Part shown: piece after piece, positions 1 through 11,900 of the stretch
Position numbering within the stretch: position 1 is the first letter of the stretch
How the letters are laid out: every line of letters starts with the position of its first letter
NCBI GenBank assembly: GCA_004431415.1
Contig: QPMI01000525.1
Coordinates: forward strand, 1 to 64,000
Source: Cyanophora paradoxa CCMP329
Taxonomy: Eukaryota > Plantae > Glaucophyta
Direction of reading: 5' to 3'
DNA: 64,000 nucleotides
Notes under the pieces: generated by a model
What the model saw: the letters and a program-made list of their open reading frames with translations, nothing else
What the model was told of the DNA's origin: nothing
The model's database searches: none
Made by a program: the position numbers and the translations under genes

Positions 1-3000
1 AAGATGCGCAGGCATTTGTCGTGGCCGCCCGAGACCACGCGCGCCCCGTCCTGCTTTTAATTCAGAATTCGAATTCGAAGATGCTTGGAAGATCGAGGGC
101 CGCACCGACGAGACGGCGACGCACTGGACGTCGAGCGAGTGTCCGGGGGCGTGCGCCTCGCCAGACTCGCCCGCCTGCGCATGCAAATCCCATCTCAAAC
201 ATATTGGCGCACGTTGGCGCGTGGGCGCACTTCGGCGAGCGAGTGGGCGTCCCAGACGTGGATGCGCCCGGCCATCGTCGTAGAGCAGAGGCGGTCGCCG
301 GCGGCGGAGAGCGCCACAGAAAGGATTCGATCCCGCCCCACCCGCTGCTGGGCGAGCGGCAAGCCGGCCTGCGACAAGCAGAGTCGGCTGAGCTCAGATC
401 GGATCGGATCGGATCCGAACGGATCGGGTCGCACCTCCGCGTCCCAAAGGACGACCCGTCCCGCGGTAGATCCAGTGGCGAGCCGGGATCCGTCCTAATC
501 AAGGAAGAACAACGTCAGACACTTGAGCTTGAGCGTAGATAGTGGAGCCTCGAATTCGCACCGAAGAGATGGCGAGCGCCGTGACGCACTCGAGGGCGTT
601 GGCCCGCGGGAGCGTCACGAGCAGCGCGCCGCTCGTCGCGGAGAAGACGCGCACGGCGGGCCCGTCGCACGTCGCCGCGCGGCGGCCGTCCGCGGAGAGC
701 ACCGCGCAGCAGACGCCGTGCGTGTGGCCCGAGAGCCGCGCGATCTCGACGCCGAGGCAGTCGTCCCACACGATCGCTGTGCCGTCTTCGGACGCCGAGA
801 GCGCGCGGTTGCCATTCTGCGGTGCCACAGTCGAACGGGGCGAAAACGCCCGTCTAGATTCTGGAAGGTCCCTCTTAAGCTTGCGCACCGCCGAGAGGGA
901 GACGGCAGTGACGGCCTTGGCGTGGCCGGCGAGCCGGCGGAGCAGCCGGCCCGTGCGCCCACCGTGCAGTCTGACGCCACCGTCGCTGGCGCCCACCACG
1001 ACCCGCGACCCGTCCTGCGTCAACGTTAGCGCGGTTTCACGCGAATCCGTTTTCGAAGCCTGTCACCTCGCTGAGGGCGATGCAGGCGGCGGGCCCCTCG
1101 GTGCCCGTCGGGTCGCGGTCGAGCACTGCGACGTCGGCCCCCGTCTGGGCGTCCCAGATCCTCGCCGAGACGGAGCCGTCGGCCGCCACGACGGCCGAGG
1201 CGAGGCGGAGCCCGTCCTAATACCCCGCGTCGTCAGGCGCCTCTGAACACGTACACGCTTAAGGAAATGAAGGCGTCGCCGCACCGACGAGAGGGCGACG
1301 GGGCCGAACGCCTTCAATCCCGACTCGGGCCCGCACACCGCCGCCAGCTCGGCCCCAGTGATGCCGTGCAGGACGCGGATCCGCCGGTCGCGGCACGTGG
1401 CCGCCAGGCGCCGCCCGTTCGCCGAGGCGGAGAGGGCGTGCGCCGGGCAGGCGACTTGAAACGGGGCCGCGATCCCGTAGGCTATGTCCTCCAGCTTGGC
1501 ACCGCGGATGTCGGCCCCGGCGAGGTTGGCGCCCGTCAGGTCGCATCCGGTGAGGTCGGCGCCCTGCAGGTCGGCCCCCGCCGCCTCCAGACGGCGCAGG
1601 CAGGCGCCGGCGATGCGCACGCCCCGCAGGGCCCGCCCCGCCAGCGACACGCCGGCGGCCGCGAGGACCGTCGCCGCGTTGGCGGCCGCCACGGCCGAGC
1701 CGCCCGCCTCGCGGCTCGCCGTCACCAGCGCGAACAGAGACTGGCAAGGCGAGTCAGGCACTCTCCTCGACTTCGAAGCGCAGCGCACGGCAGATTCAAG
1801 GTAAAAAAACGGACCGAGGCGACGCCGGGGCGGCCCTCTGTCTGGATCGCGTCCGCGAGGAACCGCACGAGCGGCGAGCCGCCCCGCCAGAGGCTGCGCG
1901 AAGGGCCGGGGGTGCCCCCTTAAGCCCTGGAGAAGGGCGGGAAGCAAAAGGCATAGGGGGCGGACCGAGCTGAGATGTCCGCGCCCCGTTCCTCCGCACC
2001 CGTGCCCTCAGGCCTAGGGTTGCCGTCGGGCACGAGCTGCGAGAAGAGCCAAATCCAAGTAAGCACAAAAGGGGTACGCGCGTGTACGTTTGTGGCGCGC
2101 GCACCGACTGGAGGAAGGCCTCGGAGGCGAAGAAGTCCTGGAAGGAGGGGTGCGAGAAGGCGAAGACCAGGCGCCCGCGGGCCCGCCAGCGGCGCAGCGG
2201 GCAGAGCTCGCGGAGCGCGGGGCCCGCCCCCCCGCACAGGGCCCGCTCCGCCTCGTCTGGATCTCCGGATCCGCCCGCCTCCCCCTCCTCCGGGATGGCC
2301 CGGGTCGGGTCCAGGGGCACCGAGACGCGGCGGCGGCCGTCGCGGAGCATCGCGGCCGCGAGGCGGCGGCAGAGGGCCAGGCAGAGGGGCAGCAGGCGCG
2401 CCCGGCCGCTGCTGCCGCCGCCGGCGCGGGCGATCTGCGCGCGGGCGAGCGGATCGGTCAGACGCGACGTTCGCGGCGCCGTGTTCCGGTCTCCTTAAGC
2501 TTGGAATCGCACCTCGCGGCGTACGATCGCCTCGAGGTAGAGTCTGTAGAGGCCGCGCACGCCCACGCTGCCCGAGATGCCGTACTCCGTCGGACTGCCA
2601 GCAAGGCGCAACGTTCAGTTTGTAGAAACTCCGGATGGGCACGGCATCGATGAAGGCCTCATTACTATCTACAAAGCCTAGATCTAGAGCGGGGGCCGGG
2701 GAGGGGGGGGGGGGAAGAAGAAGTTGGGGGGTAGGCGTGGCGAACCAGGTGCAGAGGGTGGGGATGTCCCGCGCAACCATGGCGAGGCAGAGGCCGTTCT
2801 GCGCCAGGCACGCCGTCCCCGTCCGCCGCCGCAGCTGCCGAGCGTCAGGCGGCGGCGGAGAAGGAAAGGAAAAGAAAGGAAAGCGGAGGCACAGAAAGAA
2901 AGAAAGATCAAGCGATAGAAAGTGTAAATTTAATCAAGCAAACGTCCGACGGTCCGACGGTCAAAAGGCGGAAAGCGCAGTAAAGAGAAAGTGGTCTAGA

Positions 3001-5889
3001 GATGGCAAAAGAAAGAGTCGAAGGATCTAGAAAGATCTAGAGAAAAAGTTCGGCCCGGATCATCCATCTATATACGGACCTGCGATTCGTACTCGGCTGC
3101 GGGGATGGCGCCGATGGTCCCCTCGTGCAGCTCCGCGTAGTCTTCAAGGTACTCGTCGATCTGAGCGGGCGGGGTACACAGATAAGGGCTCGTTGCAGCG
3201 CGCATCGAATTTAAGGTAAGATTTAAGATTTAAGGTAAGAAGATCGGCCGCTTTATAAGATTTAAGATTAGAAGATCGGCCGCTTAAGCTTTGGGCGCCG
3301 GCGCACGTCGGGCTTGGTGAGGGGGCGGACGGTGAGCTGGAGGAGGCCGTTGGGGCGGGCGGCGCCCCCCTCCCGGTCCGCGGGGGCGAAGATCGCCTGC
3401 AGAGTACAGACAAGGTCAGACGGGGCGGCCGCGGGTCCGGAGCGCGTTTCACGACTCGCGTGGAATTTCTTGAGAGGGTCGCTTAGTGACAAAGCGATCG
3501 CGAAGCATGCGCACCTCGGTCTGGGCGAGGGAGAGGCGCGAGCGGAGCTCCGAGCCACACGCGACGACCGCGCCGCTGGCCCACGCGCCCAGGTCCCCGC
3601 CCCGCCACAGGTTCGGGTCCCCGACGGGCCCGGCCACGATCCGCCCCCCCTCGCCCGCGACCTCGTCGTACCCGTCCAGCAGCAGGACCAGCCCGAAGCT
3701 GCGAGAAAGCAAACAGATCAATGAGCGAAAACGAAGGAGCGATCTGGAGGAGAAAATTGCGCACCGGTCCCGGATGGCGGGGAGGGCGGCGGCGGGGACG
3801 CCGAGCCTCCGCGCCGCGAGCCGCCGGAGGGCGGCGAGGGGCCCCGACGGCCGCGGGTCGTCCGCGACCTCGTCGAGGGGTACGAGGACCGTCGGGGGGA
3901 TCGAGGGGCCCGCCCCGCCGTCCGCCGGCTGCGCCCACTCGCGGCACGATTCGCGGTGAAGCCGCCGGAGGAACGTCGACTTGGACGCCCTGGATCAAAT
4001 CGGGATCAAATTTCGGATCAAATTCGAATTCGAGCGATGGAAGAAGCCGTACCCCGAGTCGCCGACGAGGAGCAGGACCTTATGGTGCGGGGCGCGCCCG
4101 TCCGGCCCCTTCGCGAGCTCCAGCTTCTGCGGGCGAGAGTTTCAGCCCTTGCACGCGGCCAGCTCGCGATTGCAATCCGGAGGGGATTTTAGGGGGCCCA
4201 GCTGTGCGTGCACCCCCCTCGAGCTCCGAGATCGAATTAATAAATCGCGCGCACCGCGAGGAAAGCGTTGACCTCGGCCCGAAGGTCCGTCGTCACCTTT
4301 TGATCGGCACTGGCATCAAATCTCTTCCCGATCGCGAGGCAGAGGAAGCTTAAGGGGTCAAATCAGATCGAATCACCTTGGAGGCGGGGCGCGCGGCCCG
4401 CGGGGGCACGTAGGGCTCCGGCGGCTGCGGGACCGCCAGCTCCCGTCGCGCAAACTGTGAAGCCCTCGAAGTCAGAGGGGGCGGGTTCGGGCCCGGCCCG
4501 AGCCAAGGCGGAGGCCGCGGCTGCGCGTGGAGGAGAAAAGGCGTACCCGGGCGACGGCCGCGAGGGCGGGGTCCCGTTCTACGTCCTGATCACGAGGCAC
4601 GTCTAAAATAAGCACGGGGGTACGAGTTCGAGTCCGAAGGGGGTACGCGCCTTGGGCAGGTCGTGAACCCCGGGGCCGGGGGGGGCGGGGGCGCCCCGGG
4701 GCCGCCGCGCGTCGCGCAGGAGAGAGGCGGCGAGCGATTCGATCGCGTCGTCGCGATCAGCCGGCGAGGCGCCCGGCGGCAGGGCCGTCCACTGCCGAGG
4801 CGCTCAGGGATCAGAGGAAGAGCGAAGCGAAGGCGGCGGCTAATTATAGGCACCTCGAACTGCGCGAGGCGGCGGGCGAGGGCCTTCGGAAGGGCCGCGG
4901 CGGCCGCGCGCTGCTCCTCGAAGCAGACGGGCCGCACGCAGCGCCCGTCGTCCACCGCCGCGTCGAGCGACTCGACGCACGCGGCGTCCGCCGCCGTCGC
5001 CGGGCGCGCGACGAGCAGGAATGCGCGCGCGGGGCAGTCCGACGCGTCCGCTGCGGCGCAGGGCCCCGCCGCGCCGCTGCACGCGATCGCAACCGAATCG
5101 CCCGTCAGCCCGTCAGCCGCGCTTGAGCTCGAGCTCGCGCCCCGTAAGGAACCCGGCGAGAGCGAACCAGAGGCGGAAGCCGTACGTATCGTGCAGCTCG
5201 GCGAGGATGCCGCCGGCTGCCGGAACGTCCTCGGGGACCGCGCAGACGTGCACTGCCGGCCGCATCGAATCCAGCAGCTCCTGCGCGCAGAGCGTGAGCC
5301 CGAGCGAGGCGTACGTGCGCGTGCGCAAGCTGGAGGGCTGCGGAAGGCTCACCTGGATGCTTGCGCCCCCATCCGCGTCCGCCACGCCGGCGCCGTGCTC
5401 GGATTCATTCGAATTCTCACACGTGCACTCGCTGGCGCTAGCGCTGGCCATCGGCGGCGGATCGTCGACATCGAGCTCGAACTCGTCGAAGAGAGGGGAG
5501 AGAGGCGGCGATAAGCGCTTGGGAGACAGGCTGAGTGCTGGCGTGCCGTCGCTTGCCCCATCGGTCGGAGGAAGGGAGAGATGCAGGCTCCCGCCCGCGC
5601 TGCTGCAGCTGGCGCTGTTGCAGCGCCTGAGGAGGAACCTCTCCTTAAGCCTGAACGATCCTGAGGCCTTGAGCTGCTTTATGCTGCGCACGCTGCCGGC
5701 GCGCTGGATCGGAGCGCTAGCATCGATATCGGAATCGACCGCGCCCTTTCTCCGCGGCTCATCCGCCTTTGCGCACGCCTTCGATCCGATCAAGGCCGGC
5801 CCTACGATGATGAGATCACCGTTGGAGGCAGGCGCCGCCGATCCCACTGAGCTACGCCGAGCTCTAGCCTGGCCGCAGCTGTTGCCCAT
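1..5889 (-). CDS. NLR-like protein, copy A (TIR-like - NACHT - pentapeptide repeat - WD40); multi-exon, 3' end outside window
   Basis: ATG at 5889 (MGNSCG). Spliced exons give a TIR-like segment (AFLLVARPATAADAACVESLDAAVDDGRCVRPVCFEE), P-loop VLLLVGDSG|ASKSTFL, Walker B LVLLLDGYDEV, NACHT motif FSHPSFQDFFASE, pentapeptide AAANAATVL...GADLQGADLTGCDLTGANLAGADIRGA and WD40 blades (LAGHAKAVTAVSLS, SASEDGTAIVWD). It is the reverse-complement paralog of 19244-25322. Confidence 0.85.
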
Positions 5890-6725
5890 CCTACCGCGTG
5901 CCGCTGCCGATGCTACGCGACGACACAGCTCAAAGCGCGCATGCGAGCGCCTTCTGCACGCTGATATCAAAAAGCCGGCCCATCCAAGCGCTTATGCGAC
6001 GCTTCCACGAACGAATTGCAAGTTTGCAACTCCTCCCCCCCTCGAGCCGCCTGACCGGGTCAAATCTTGCAATTGCGTCACCGTGCGCGCACGGCAGCAC
6101 GAGACGCAGGAGACGCGCTCGAGTAAGCAGGCGAGTCGAGGCGCTCGCCGAGTCGGGAAGGCGGCAGCGCGGCACTTGCCGGTTCGGGCCCGTCTGGCTG
6201 TACCCCCCTCCAGCTTGCTCCCCGAGCTCGTTGCGTCGATCAGAGCTGTAGCGTCGATCGTAGCCTGCAGCACATCGTGCTGCTCGTCAGGGTGCGTCCG
6301 CCTACCAGGCTAGTGGGCTGGCAGCCGCCCGAACACCTGCACACCGGTCCTAGCCGGCGTGGCAGCGGGACACCGATCGTGCATCCCAGTGAGCGCCTGG
6401 CGTGTTTGCTTTGATTTGGGCGCTTCTAAACTCGAGCGCGCCTCGCCGCAGCGTCGGATAGCCAGGGCGATATCGATCTTGGATCGGCAACCGGAACGGT
6501 CGGCCGGCAGCTGCCCAGCGGGCGGGACTTCCGGCGAGGCTCATTTCCAGCTTCTTTCGTTAATGCAACGCCGCCAGCATCGTTTCCGAGGCTGAAACAG
6601 GCCCGGCAGGAATCGACGTGACTCGTAAACGTATACGTACAATTGCAAACAAGCTAGGCGTTACACGTTGACTACAACCGCCGGCCCACAGCCAGCCTGC
6701 AGCTGCTATCCTCTGAGCCTGCCAA

Positions 6726-7829
6726 ATGAGCTCGCCGTCGGGCGTGAACAGTAGGACGCGGAATCGGCTGCTGGATGCCCGGCAGCGGTCGTTCGAGCTC
6801 GGGGACGGGCAGCCGCAGCCGCCGGCCAGGGACGGCAGCCCGGCGAGGCCGCGGAACGGGTCCCGTCGCTTCACGATCGGGTCCATCATGCCCGAGAAGC
6901 TCGGCCTGCCGCCGGCCGCCCCCGAGGAGCCGGCGAAGGACGGGGACTCGGACTCGGGATCGGAGGGCGCCGCCGCCGCCGCAGAGGCGCTGGCGCGGGC
7001 GCAGGCGAAGCACGCGGCGCAGATGGAAGCGATGAAGGCGCTGCTGGAGCGCGAGCGGCGCAGGGCCGAGGAGGCCGAGATGCGGGCCGAGATGGTGCGC
7101 ATCTGATCCCGAATTCGATCTGAGATTCGATCTCCTCATGGGGCGCGCGGGCGGACAGGCGGAGCGCCACGCGCAGGAGGCGGCCGAGGAGGCCAAGCGG
7201 CGCGCCGAGGACACCGTGGTGCGGTCCCTTTACCCCCCCCTCCCATCCCCCCCCCACCTCCGCCCCCACCTCCGCCCCCCCCCCCTCCCCCCCCCAAGGG
7301 GCTCGGGGTCTGGGGACCAGCCTGGCAGGGGACGCATCGCGCCAAACAGCTGGGGACGCCTGGCGCCGTGTAGCTAGCTGCTTGGCGAGCGCGCGAGCCA
7401 CGCCTTGGGCTAGCGCCACCCTAGGCCCCCGCCCCGCCCTCCAGCGCGCCTAGCTACTGCGTTGTACGGAAGCCGGCGAGCCGCGCCTTGCGCCGCGCCC
7501 CCTCCGCCCCGCAGGCGGAGGCGGAGCGGCTGGGGCGGGACGCGGCGCTCGAGGCCGAGCGGCGCGCCCTCGAGGCCGAGGGCGACGCCGACCGCCGCGC
7601 CGAGGAGGTGCGCCGCGCCCTGTACCCGGGCTTCGAGCCGGACTTAGGAGCTTAGAAACTAATGAGCCGGCTTAGGCGGACTCGCTCTCTGGCTGGGCTG
7701 ACGCGGTGCGTCCCGGGCGCGTGCGCGTGCGGGCAGGCGGAGCGGCGGGCGGAGGAGGCGCGGCGGCGGGCGGAGGCGGCGCACGAAGAGAGCGCCGCCT
7801 CCACCAACGTCGTCCGCACCTCCGAGGAG
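6726..7829 (+). pseudogene. Truncated 5' copy (first four coiled-coil exons only) of the TIR/beta-helix gene
   Basis: MSSPSGVNSRTRNRLL...AEMRAEM|AERHAQE...|AEAERLG...|AERRAEE...SEE matches the exons at 18373-17369. Homology stops in the poly-C intron (7840-8230) and I found no downstream exons (AWRRILADL, TIR, beta-helix) on this strand. Confidence 0.7.
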
Positions 7830-8235
7830 GTGCCGTTCGCCCCCCCCCCCTCCCCCCCCCCCCCCCCCCTCTCCCACCTCCCAACCCTCACCATCCTCTA
7901 AGCCCTCCCCTAACCCCCCTCTCTTCCCTCAACCCGCCCCTTCTCCCTGCCCTCCTGCCCCACCAACCACCGCCTCCTAACCCCTCCCTTCCCTCCTTGG
8001 CTCCTCTCCCTTCCGTCTCCCGGCTCTCTCCCGCGCCCTATGCCCCCCCCCTCCCCGCTCCCCCTCCCTTCCTCTCCACTCCTTTTTCCCCTCGCCCCCG
8101 CCCCTTTAACGTACCCTTCGTTTGCCTCCCCCACCCCCTTCCCGGCTCCCCTTCCTTCCTTCCATCTCTCGCCCGCCCCCCCCCCCCCCCCCCGCCCCCG
8201 CCCCCCCCCCCCCCCCCCCCGCCCCCGCCCCGGCA

Positions 8236-8530
8236 TTCAAAAGTCAAAGTCAAGGCATTCAAAGTCGACCAAAGTCAACCGGCGACGAATATTAATTATT
8301 TGTGACCCTGCATGTACATGTACATGTTTGAAATAAAATTGTGTTCGTGATATCGATGCGTTGTGTTCGTGATGCGATGATTTGGAAATTGAGACTGAGA
8401 CATAGTACAGCCACATGTATGTGTCCAGTGCAAGCTTGCATGATACTGACAAAAATAATGCTCCTATGTACACAAGTACTACGCCCCCAGTCTACGGGAC
8501 TACGGGACAAAAATAATGCTCCTATGTACA
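8236..8530. repeat. AT-rich junction sequence with short direct repeats next to the duplication breakpoint
   Basis: caaagtc iterations (8237-8278), tgtgttcgtgat x2 (8340, 8362), gacaaaaataatgctcctatgtaca x2 (8448, 8506). Confidence 0.7.
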
Positions 8531-8931
8531 TGATCATGAGTACTGCGAGTATGCGGGGCTAGCGCTGCTCCGAGGCTCCCCGGCAAAACAAAGGCTCCAA
8601 ATCTAGCTCACAGGATCGAGCTCGGAAGAGCTCGAGCCTCGAAAATGAATCCGATGATTCAATGATTCGCAGACTCGCAGTTATACCCGCGGCCGGGTGA
8701 CCGCGCCCCTGGTCAACCGATTTCCGCATGCAACACGAGCGAATAAATAAATACCGTTACCCCTATAGCTAGAAGATGCGAGGATTCGAGAAAAGCGACA
8801 AGGTATGTGACTGGCGGGGGACTAAATTTCGCAAGAAAACTCAGTGACTAATTCATAGTATGCGGAAGTGCAGATCTACGTATACAAGCGGCACGAAATA
8901 GTATAAGAAGAAGACGCTCTTCGGGCTCGGC

Positions 8932-11900
8932 TCAGGCCGAGGCGACGATGTTGTTCTGCTGCTTGAAGCTGAGGGACCCGCGGCGCGCGGGGGCGGCGCC
9001 CTTCGTCAGAACGACCACCCCCCCGCTCTGCGGAGCCGAATTTCAGGACATATGAGAATGAGGCACTACCCCCGCATGGCCGGGGCAGGCATAGGGCCCG
9101 GGGCTCAGGCGTCAGATTATTAGAAACTAAACCCGCTATATTATATATTCTTATGTGCCGCCGAGACTGGCGGGGGTCCGGACGTCAGAAGGGAGCCACA
9201 GGGCCGCGCGCGCGCGCGCGGGAGGGGGCGGAGGGGGGGGGGGGGGGGGGGGGGGGGTGACGCTGGGACCCTCGGGCGGCTCTTCATTAACTAGAACATA
9301 GAACATAGAAGATCGAAGAACATCTTAAGAAGAAAGCCTTGGGTGGCCTATGAAATCAGGCGCGGACCTGCCGGAAGGAGCCCGCGATGCCCTTCTCGAA
9401 CCGGTTGTCGGCGATCGTCCCGAGGGCGTCCGCCGCCACCTGAGGCGATTGCAGAGCACAGAACTCGATTAAGAGCAGAACTCGAAGAGTAGTGGGGGAG
9501 ATAGATTAATATGTAGATTTTCTAATAGATTCGCGTCTGAGCCAACGGAAATGCACAGATCTAGAGCGGACCTGGGTGCTCATCTTCTGGTTATAATAGA
9601 TTTATATATAGATCTTCTAATAGATTCGCGTCTGAGCCAACGGAAATGTACAGATCTAGAGCGGACCTGGATGCCCATCTTCTGGTCGCGGACGCGGTTG
9701 GCGCGGACGGTCGGCTCGGCGCCGTCCCCGACGAGCACCGCCAGTCCCCCATTTTTGAAGATCTGAGCGGCCCGCCCATCAGCGAGCGCCATCTCTAAAT
9801 CTCTACGTATACTTATCTGTCGATCTACAGTGATCTAAGAGACTCAGTGAGACAAGCTTAAAGAGGCTCACGACGCGCCGCCCAATAGGTACTTCGAGAT
9901 CTTTATATACGTAGCCACCTATTTCTCTAAAGCTATGCGATCAGTGATCGCTACATCTCTCTCTCTCTCTCTGCCTATCCATCTATTTATCGATCTAGAT
10001 CTCTAAACAAGATCTAGAGGCTCTAAACGCTCCGCCCTTAATGAAGACGAGAGGCCCTCGACGGCGGCGGGCGCGCACCTCGCAGCGCTCGATGACGGGG
10101 CGGGCGGCGGCGGAGGTCACCACAATCGCATTCTTCGCGCAGTCGTGCACCAGGCACCTGCGGGCCGGGCCGGGCCGGGGTTGGGCCCGATCGCGCGCGT
10201 GCTTTTGCGGACGGTGGGGGCGGTGCCGTCTAGAGCTCCGCGCCTAAACTACCAAGCTTATATAGCTTACGCTCTCTTAAGCTTAAGTTCTAGCTTTACG
10301 GTCGATCCAGATCACTTCAGCTTTACGCTCTTTTACGCACTTGCGGACGGTGGGGGCGGTGACGTCGGGGTACGCCCCGCCGCGGATCTCGAGGGCGCCC
10401 CGGGCGGCGTCGAGGACGGCCCCGGAGACATCCAGCTCCTCCAGCGCCGCCCGGCTGCATTGTGTTGCGAAACGTTAAGCGATATATATTATATGACTTA
10501 TCTGCTAATTTGTTTATAGTTCTCAGCGCCGATCTTCTATCTTGAGCTTGAGCTTGGGTTGCGGTGGGACGGCACCTCCCGGACTCGACCACGATGGCGG
10601 GGTGGCGGGCGCTGCGGCCGCGGATGCACAGCCCCTTGACCTGCCGGCCGGAAGGCGAATTCGAATCAACGTCAGCTGCAGCCGGACGCGATCAAGCTGC
10701 TCCAGCTAAAAATAGCTCACCTGCCCCGTCGCGCGGGGACCCCTCAGAGAGAGCACCGTCCCGACGCTGCAGCGGACCAGCCACGTCATGATCAGTCAGC
10801 GAGCCGGCGCAGCTAATCATGACTCCAACAAGAAGCTGAAGGGCGTTCCGTATAATCCGACAAAAGAGAGAAGCTTAAGGGGGCCGCCGGCGCGCGCGCC
10901 TGTACTCAAGGACGGCGTCGTGGGAGCCCTCCAACGAGATCTCCTTCTCGACGGTTACGGCGCCCCAGTAGCGCCCGGGCGCCACGTAGATCGTCTGCGA
11001 TCGGAGCGCGGGGGTCTAGGCGTCAGCCCCTTGCGCTTCTTGCCCGGGTTTCTAGATCTAGGCCTAGACTTCGGGGTCTAGGCGTCAGAGAGGCTCTCGC
11101 GCGCGGTCGGTCTTGGAAGGATCTACGCGCCAGCTCCTTCTCCGCTCTATCCGCCGGGCCGCTCTCTTCCTCCCCGGTCTCTGGAATGCGAAGGGTTGCC
11201 TTACGGACCTGGCCGGCCGAGGCGTACTGGACGGCGGTGGCGACGCTGTCGAGCTCCCCAGCCCGGCCCCTGTCGACCGCCCCCGCAGAGCCCGGCCCCA
11301 GGTCAGCGGCCAGGCGCGCGCTAGCGTCCAGCGCTAGCGCTAGCGGCTTAGGCCTAGGACAACACTGACGGGGAAAAGCGATCATCCCCAGCAGAGATGC
11401 GATCAGCAATTCGAAGCGCTAGGGTGACCTCCTTGAGCTCGTTCGCGAGGGGGGCGGCGCCGCGCATGCGCACGAATCGCACGAATTCGAAGCGCTAGGA
11501 TGATTTCCTTGAAAGAAATAGAAGAGATATAGCCTTAGACACGCGATCGGTGTCCTATAGCTATTTCACCTCTAACGGTCCCTTAGACTATATCTCTCAG
11601 CGCTGTGAATGCGCACCGGGCGTCGACGATGATGGCGCCGCGCTTCCGCGCCGCCTCCCGCCGCCCCGCCTCCCTCCCCCGCGCCTCCTCGAACCGCGCC
11701 TGTACGCGCGCGCCCGCCCCCGCGCACGCACGTAAGCTCCGGTCCCAAGATATCATAGTATCACATGCCCCGGCTCTAATAGAAAACTAGAGACCGTACG
11801 CTTAAGGCTCATTATAAGCGCGACAGATCCTTTAATCTGATGCCTCGCGAGTATTCTTCTGTAATCTCGAACCCTCTCTCAAACATCTGTCTTAGAATAC

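Larger units (their letters stand above)
1..7840. repeat. Left arm of a large inverted segmental duplication (partner arm ~17360-25322)
   Basis: Position 1-57 is the reverse complement of ~25266-25322, and ~7800-7837 of ~17361-17398. Exons and many introns are collinear between these anchors. The arm probably extends left of the window. Confidence 0.95.
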
